Shown piece after piece: positions 49,016 through 52,143 of a stretch of 52,143 nucleotides of DNA (position 1 is its first letter; every line of letters begins with the position of its first letter). The position numbers were made by a program, and so were the translations under genes. This DNA comes from a virus. Below the pieces are notes generated by a model. The model made no database searches and was not told where the DNA came from. It saw only the letters and a program-made list of their open reading frames with translations. Location of the stretch: the IMG/VR virus record IMGVR_UViG_3300042908_001490, positions 1-52,143 of that record. The stretch is one strand, 5' to 3'.

Positions 49016-49324
49016 TTAATAAACTTTGTGAATAGTTCCAGAGAATAGATAATTCTGCTTATCGTGATAAGTGCCGGACAATAGATCCCCGCTTTTGTAT
49101 CCTGGATTTTGGCACGATACGCGGACAATTCCGTATTTGTAGGAATATCCAAAATAGTGAAAATTTGAGGAATACATCGGGATCTGACTGTTGATAGTTC
49201 CCAGATAGACTACTATTATCCGTTCTAATCTATCTTTTGTTTTATCTGATATCGAGTTGATTAGTGGTTCTAAATTGTCTAATGTAGTTTTGATATTGTT
49301 GATTAGATTTGTGATTAGTTCCAT
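49016..49324 (-). CDS. MELIT-module protein C (diverged)
   Basis: MELITNLINNIKTTLDNLEPLINSISDKTKDRL... Confidence 0.5.
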   Translation of the reverse strand: MELITNLINNIKTTLDNLEPLINSISDKTKDRLERIIVVYLGTINSQIPMYSSNFHYFGYSYKYGIVRVSCQNPGYKSGDLLSGTYHDKQNYLFSGTIHKVY

Positions 49325-49375
49325 AATTTCTTGATAGTAGAATACAGCACTAAAATAGTGCTGTATTGTGGTTAG

Positions 49376-50083
49376 TTATTTAGTGGACTGAGTTGGTGGA
49401 GTGCTAGTTGGTGGAGTGTTTGTTGGTGGTTTAGAAGTTGGTGGAGTGTTTGTTGGTGGTTTAGAAGTTGGTGGAGTGCTAGTTGGTGGAGTGTTTGTTG
49501 GTGGTTTAGAAGTTGGTGGAGTGCTAGTTGGTGGAGTGTTTGTTGGTGGTTTAGAAGTTGGTGGAGTGTTTGTTGGTGGCTTAGAAGTTGGTGGAGTGCT
49601 AGTTGGTGGTTTAGAAGTTGGTGGAGTGTTTGTTGGTGGTTTAGAAGTTGGTGGAGTGTTTGTTGGTGGTTTAGAAGTTGGTGGAGTGCTAGTTGGTGGA
49701 GTGCTAGTTGGTGGTTTAGAAGTTGGTGGAGTGCTAGTTGGTGGAGTGCTAGTTGGTGGTTTAGAAGTTGGTGGAGTGCTAGTTGGTGGAGTGCTAGTTG
49801 GTGGTTTAGAAGTTGGTGGAGTGATAGTTGGTGGGATATCGGATTGATCAACCTCAACTAATTTAGTTTCTAATTTTTGGCACTCAATGCCGCTATTAAT
49901 TGCGTTGTTATTGCTTAACTGCAATTTAGCCAAAATTTTCTGAGAATTATCAAAATAGTTTTTTAGGTTATTAATAGCGTCTTGGCTATTTTGATTTAAC
50001 TCAACTAATAGCTCGGCTGTTTTTTTAAGTTCTGCAACTTGACTTTTTAGTGATTCTATGATTCGATCTCTGTTGTCTGTCAT
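49376..50083 (-). CDS. coiled-coil protein with ~30 PPTS(K/T)/PPTNT pentapeptide repeats
   Basis: The N-terminus is about 80 aa and helical. It is followed by a Pro/Thr-rich repeat that runs to the C-terminus. Confidence 0.7.
   Translation of the reverse strand: MTDNRDRIIESLKSQVAELKKTAELLVELNQNSQDAINNLKNYFDNSQKILAKLQLSNNNAINSGIECQKLETKLVEVDQSDIPPTITPPTSKPPTSTPPTSTPPTSKPPTSTPPTSTPPTSKPPTSTPPTSTPPTSKPPTNTPPTSKPPTNTPPTSKPPTSTPPTSKPPTNTPPTSKPPTNTPPTSTPPTSKPPTNTPPTSTPPTSKPPTNTPPTSKPPTNTPPTSTPPTQSTK
49391..49835. repeat. ~30 x 15-bp tandem repeat
   Basis: The units agttggtggagtgct, agttggtggagtgtt and tgttggtggtttaga alternate. All three frames on both strands are open across the array. Confidence 0.95.
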
Positions 50084-50160
50084 GATTTTAATTCCTGTTA
50101 AGTTGTGATTGACTAATGAGATAGATCGTTATGTATCAGATAACGATCTATTAATTGGTT

Positions 50161-51018
50161 CTAATTTTGAGACGCGATCTGAGACGCGATCGCGGTTTTG
50201 ACATCTTCCTTGGTAACGCCGTTATCAATAACGTAGTTGCACAAGATGTCAAGATCGCTGCACTTGCGACCGTCTTTAGAAAATGCGTAGTGTAGACGCT
50301 GCCAAGTTGTATCGCTATTTTCAGACCAATAATTGATGATGTAATCACACCATTCTTTACTAACTTGTATTAGTTTGTCACCACCTAACAATACCTTGAT
50401 AACTCTCATGTCTTCTGCAATTGTGGCCACGCCATAGCCGTTACTTAACTCAATATCCGCCGCGATCTCCCGTGCTGATAACGCGCTATTATACCAACTA
50501 GATAAGAGATTAAAGTAATTAAAGTTTTTATCACTTACTCTCCTAGTAGATGTAGTTTGTGTTTTTTCTGGTCTATTTGCTTTGACTGCTTGTTTATTTT
50601 CAGATTTTGAAACTTTGATCGCTAGTGCCGATAATTTATTGATCAATTCAAGTAATTCCTCAGATGATAAAAATGATTTAGTAATAACTTCTATCATCTC
50701 ATTAGAAGATAAGGAAGAACACTGGTCAGCGATCGCATCAATATCGTGTCCTTCTAATTTTGATAAGTTCTTAGTAGTTGCATCTTTATTATCGGATACC
50801 GTCACGGTATGATCGTCTGATAACCAATAAGACTCATTTAAGCTAGTAGCATGATTAGTAAATGAGAAGTATTCGTTGTCATCATGTACTAGTAATTCAA
50901 TGAGAGATACATCATGTTTATTATCTAATGTAATTTCTAGTATCTCATTGCTTAACTCTGTTTGATGGTTGCCAAATTTAGCGCGTAGTTCAGTTAAGTT
51001 GAATGATTGAGTTGTCAT
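50161..51018 (-). CDS. hypothetical protein
   Basis: The ATG at 51018 (MTTQSFNL...) lies inside the GTG-initiated track ORF. The segment EELLELINKLSALAIKV resembles ELLELVQRLSAIALRKL in 42403-43233. Confidence 0.6.
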   Translation of the reverse strand: MTTQSFNLTELRAKFGNHQTELSNEILEITLDNKHDVSLIELLVHDDNEYFSFTNHATSLNESYWLSDDHTVTVSDNKDATTKNLSKLEGHDIDAIADQCSSLSSNEMIEVITKSFLSSEELLELINKLSALAIKVSKSENKQAVKANRPEKTQTTSTRRVSDKNFNYFNLLSSWYNSALSAREIAADIELSNGYGVATIAEDMRVIKVLLGGDKLIQVSKEWCDYIINYWSENSDTTWQRLHYAFSKDGRKCSDLDILCNYVIDNGVTKEDVKTAIASQIASQN

Positions 51019-51058
51019 TTTTTCTCTCACTTGTTTTTATTGACTTGACTTATATTTA

Positions 51059-51080
51059 CATAGTCCTAAAAGATTGTCAA
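51059..51080 (-). promoter_or_regulatory. conserved promoter element, copy 1
   Basis: The minus strand reads TTGACAATCTTTTAGGACTATG, followed by an AAATAT -10 at 17-bp spacing. Confidence 0.55.
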
Positions 51081-51403
51081 TACTTTATAAAAACTTTTTT
51101 AAAACACTTACTGTATATAGCTTTGAGCATTTGTACTACTATTAATTAATCACTATATATATAGTCAATCAATATCAATTAATCACGGTTTATATAATCA
51201 GAAATCGGTTCACCTAAGCGTACCGTATTCACTAAAATTTTACGGGTTACTAATTTAATACCGCAGTAAAAAACGTACCGCAAAAATATTAACTACGGTG
51301 CGCTTCGGTGTTATTAAACTGCGGTTAGCGGATCACGTATTCGATCCTGTGACGGTGTATAAAGCAATACAGGATCGAGCGGATCGCGATCCGCTAAATG
51401 TGA
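51081..51403. promoter_or_regulatory. origin-like non-coding region (AT-rich tract, CGGT-core repeats, GATC cluster, palindromes)
   Basis: It contains no ORF. aattaatcac occurs twice. About ten NCGGT/ACCGN cores lie within 51186-51355. Five GATC sites lie in 51331-51391. There is a 9-bp hairpin (51342-51377) and an 18-bp perfect palindrome AGCGGATCGCGATCCGCT (51378-51395). Confidence 0.5.
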
Positions 51404-51916
51404 TTATTCTGAGAATACTTGCTGAGATATTGCGGTTATTCTAGTGGCTAATTCATCTTTTGTCATGACACTGTATCCACAAACTTGCAAGGCAGAAGCA
51501 ATTTTTTTCATTTCTCGTATTCCTATGTTCTCATAAGTTGATGGCTCATTGCAATCTATTCGTTTTATTTCTTCAATATCTAGGTTAGGTGACTCAGACA
51601 AATGACGCTTAATCTTTTTCACTAAAATAACAGGACATTCTAGTGATTCTCTTTTTTCGTATGAACGAATATTTCTGCCTCCATCGCTCAAAGAGTCTTT
51701 AATAGTCTTTATCATCCATGCTTTTGTCTTCCTAGTTGTTCCCAAATTAATACCTATTCTCACTAAAAAAGCGGATAACTCTTCCATTGAATAGCTATCT
51801 AGTGAACGATCTATATCTTCGGCGATCGCTTGTTGTTCTTTAAATGGTAAATCCGGGATAATAATTGCCCCATCTATTGCCCCGATTACATTTAGCTTAA
51901 TCAGCAGAAGCCCCAC
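51404..51916 (-). CDS. protein with two HeH/SAP (Rho_N-like) motifs
   Basis: The two motifs are MEELSAFLVRIGINLGTTRKTKAWMIKTI and IREMKKIASALQVCGYSVMTKDELATRI. The GTG start is uncertain. Confidence 0.5.
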   Translation of the reverse strand: MGLLLIKLNVIGAIDGAIIIPDLPFKEQQAIAEDIDRSLDSYSMEELSAFLVRIGINLGTTRKTKAWMIKTIKDSLSDGGRNIRSYEKRESLECPVILVKKIKRHLSESPNLDIEEIKRIDCNEPSTYENIGIREMKKIASALQVCGYSVMTKDELATRITAISQQVFSE

Positions 51917-51945
51917 GTCTCACTCTTAGGAGCGTGGGATGAATG

Positions 51946-52143
51946 GCGCGTGAGTTGAGTTGCGTAGCCCAAATTGTATTTGAGCGTAGCGAAAACAAAG
52001 AAGGCTACAGCGACGAAACGAACAAAATATTGATTTTATGTTATTATAAAAAAGTAGGTGTAGTCCAATTAAATGCAGAAATGCAGCCTACAAAACAAAA
52101 AACAAATCTCAAAACCAAAGAACCGTGGGGCGCACGGTCTTAA
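51946..52143. repeat. terminal direct repeat, right copy
   Basis: Reads identically to 1-198 and runs to the end of the window. Confidence 0.97.

Larger units (their letters stand above)
1..51945. mobile_element. complete phage-/plasmid-like replicon unit (circular or terminally redundant)
   Basis: Bases 1-198 recur exactly at 51946-52143. Content is replication, immunity, terminase, methylase and accessory modules. HIP1-rich throughout. Confidence 0.7.

Noticed and set aside
49372-49857. ORFs 49372-49857 (-) and 49401-49847 (+) with LALHQLLNHQ and GGVFVGGLEV repeats
   Set aside because: These are alternate-frame and antisense readings of the 15-bp tandem array. A repeat with no stop codon is open in every frame. 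Only the PPTS frame continues into a non-repetitive N-terminus with a start codon.
51943-52143. 66-aa ORF MARELSCVAQ... (also seen as 10-198) spanning the terminal repeat
   Set aside because: It lies entirely in the structured junction spacer. It has no ribosome-binding site, a low-complexity Lys/Gln-rich C-terminus and no coupling to neighbours. I treat the region as non-coding.
1-52143. Search for integrase, relaxase, ParA/ParB, VirB4, portal, major capsid, tape-measure, reverse transcriptase and cas genes
   Set aside because: I found no motif-level match by eye. I looked for RHRY, HUH/3H, KGGxGK, a second large P-loop ATPase and YxDD, and found none. This is an absence of evidence from manual reading only and must be re-checked with HMMs.

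Overview
This is AT-rich DNA saturated with the cyanobacterial HIP1 octamer GCGATCGC. I counted 16 copies in the first 5 kb, against well under one expected by chance in the whole window.

Bases 1-198 recur exactly at 51946-52143. The window is therefore one complete 51,945-bp circular or terminally redundant replicon. Its gene content is phage/plasmid-like.

Main modules:
- A TerS/TerL pair (3345-5430) has no recognisable portal, capsid or tail genes anywhere in the window.
- A P22 immI-like divergent switch lies at 19.8-22.3 kb. An RHH gene, a micro-ORF and a Bro-N antirepressor face a dual-HTH repressor, with a PAS-like gene alongside.
- That switch heads an ~11-kb leftward operon. It holds a lambda-O-like initiator with four in-gene 21-bp iterons, DnaB, and an N6-MTase / unknown / ASCH / C5-MTase block.
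- A second, paralogous initiator sits next to a non-canonical tRNA-like gene.
- Other replication genes are a DnaN-like clamp with a C-terminal extension and a stand-alone DnaG CHC2 zinc finger.
- Accessory genes include dCTP deaminase, a PLD-family nuclease, a GNAT, a HAD phosphatase and a 2H-phosphoesterase-like gene.

Loci I find most unusual:
1. A 5.4-kb, ~14-gene minus-strand operon (24969-30398) consists almost entirely of tiny membrane proteins. It ends in a membrane-anchored FtsK/HerA-type ATPase fused to a PD-(D/E)xK-like domain.
2. A tightly coupled small protein / RavA-like AAA+ / ViaA-like VWA triad lies at 44646-47864.
3. Two sets of adjacent genes share duplicated ~100-bp 5' modules (34.6-35.0 kb and 48.0-49.3 kb).
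4. A 22-bp promoter element is reused three times.
5. An origin-like repeat and GATC cluster lies at 51.1-51.4 kb.

I could not recognise an integrase, relaxase, ParA, VirB4 or virion structural genes. All calls rest on reading motifs and repeats by eye. No database search was run, and protein family assignments need profile or structure confirmation.
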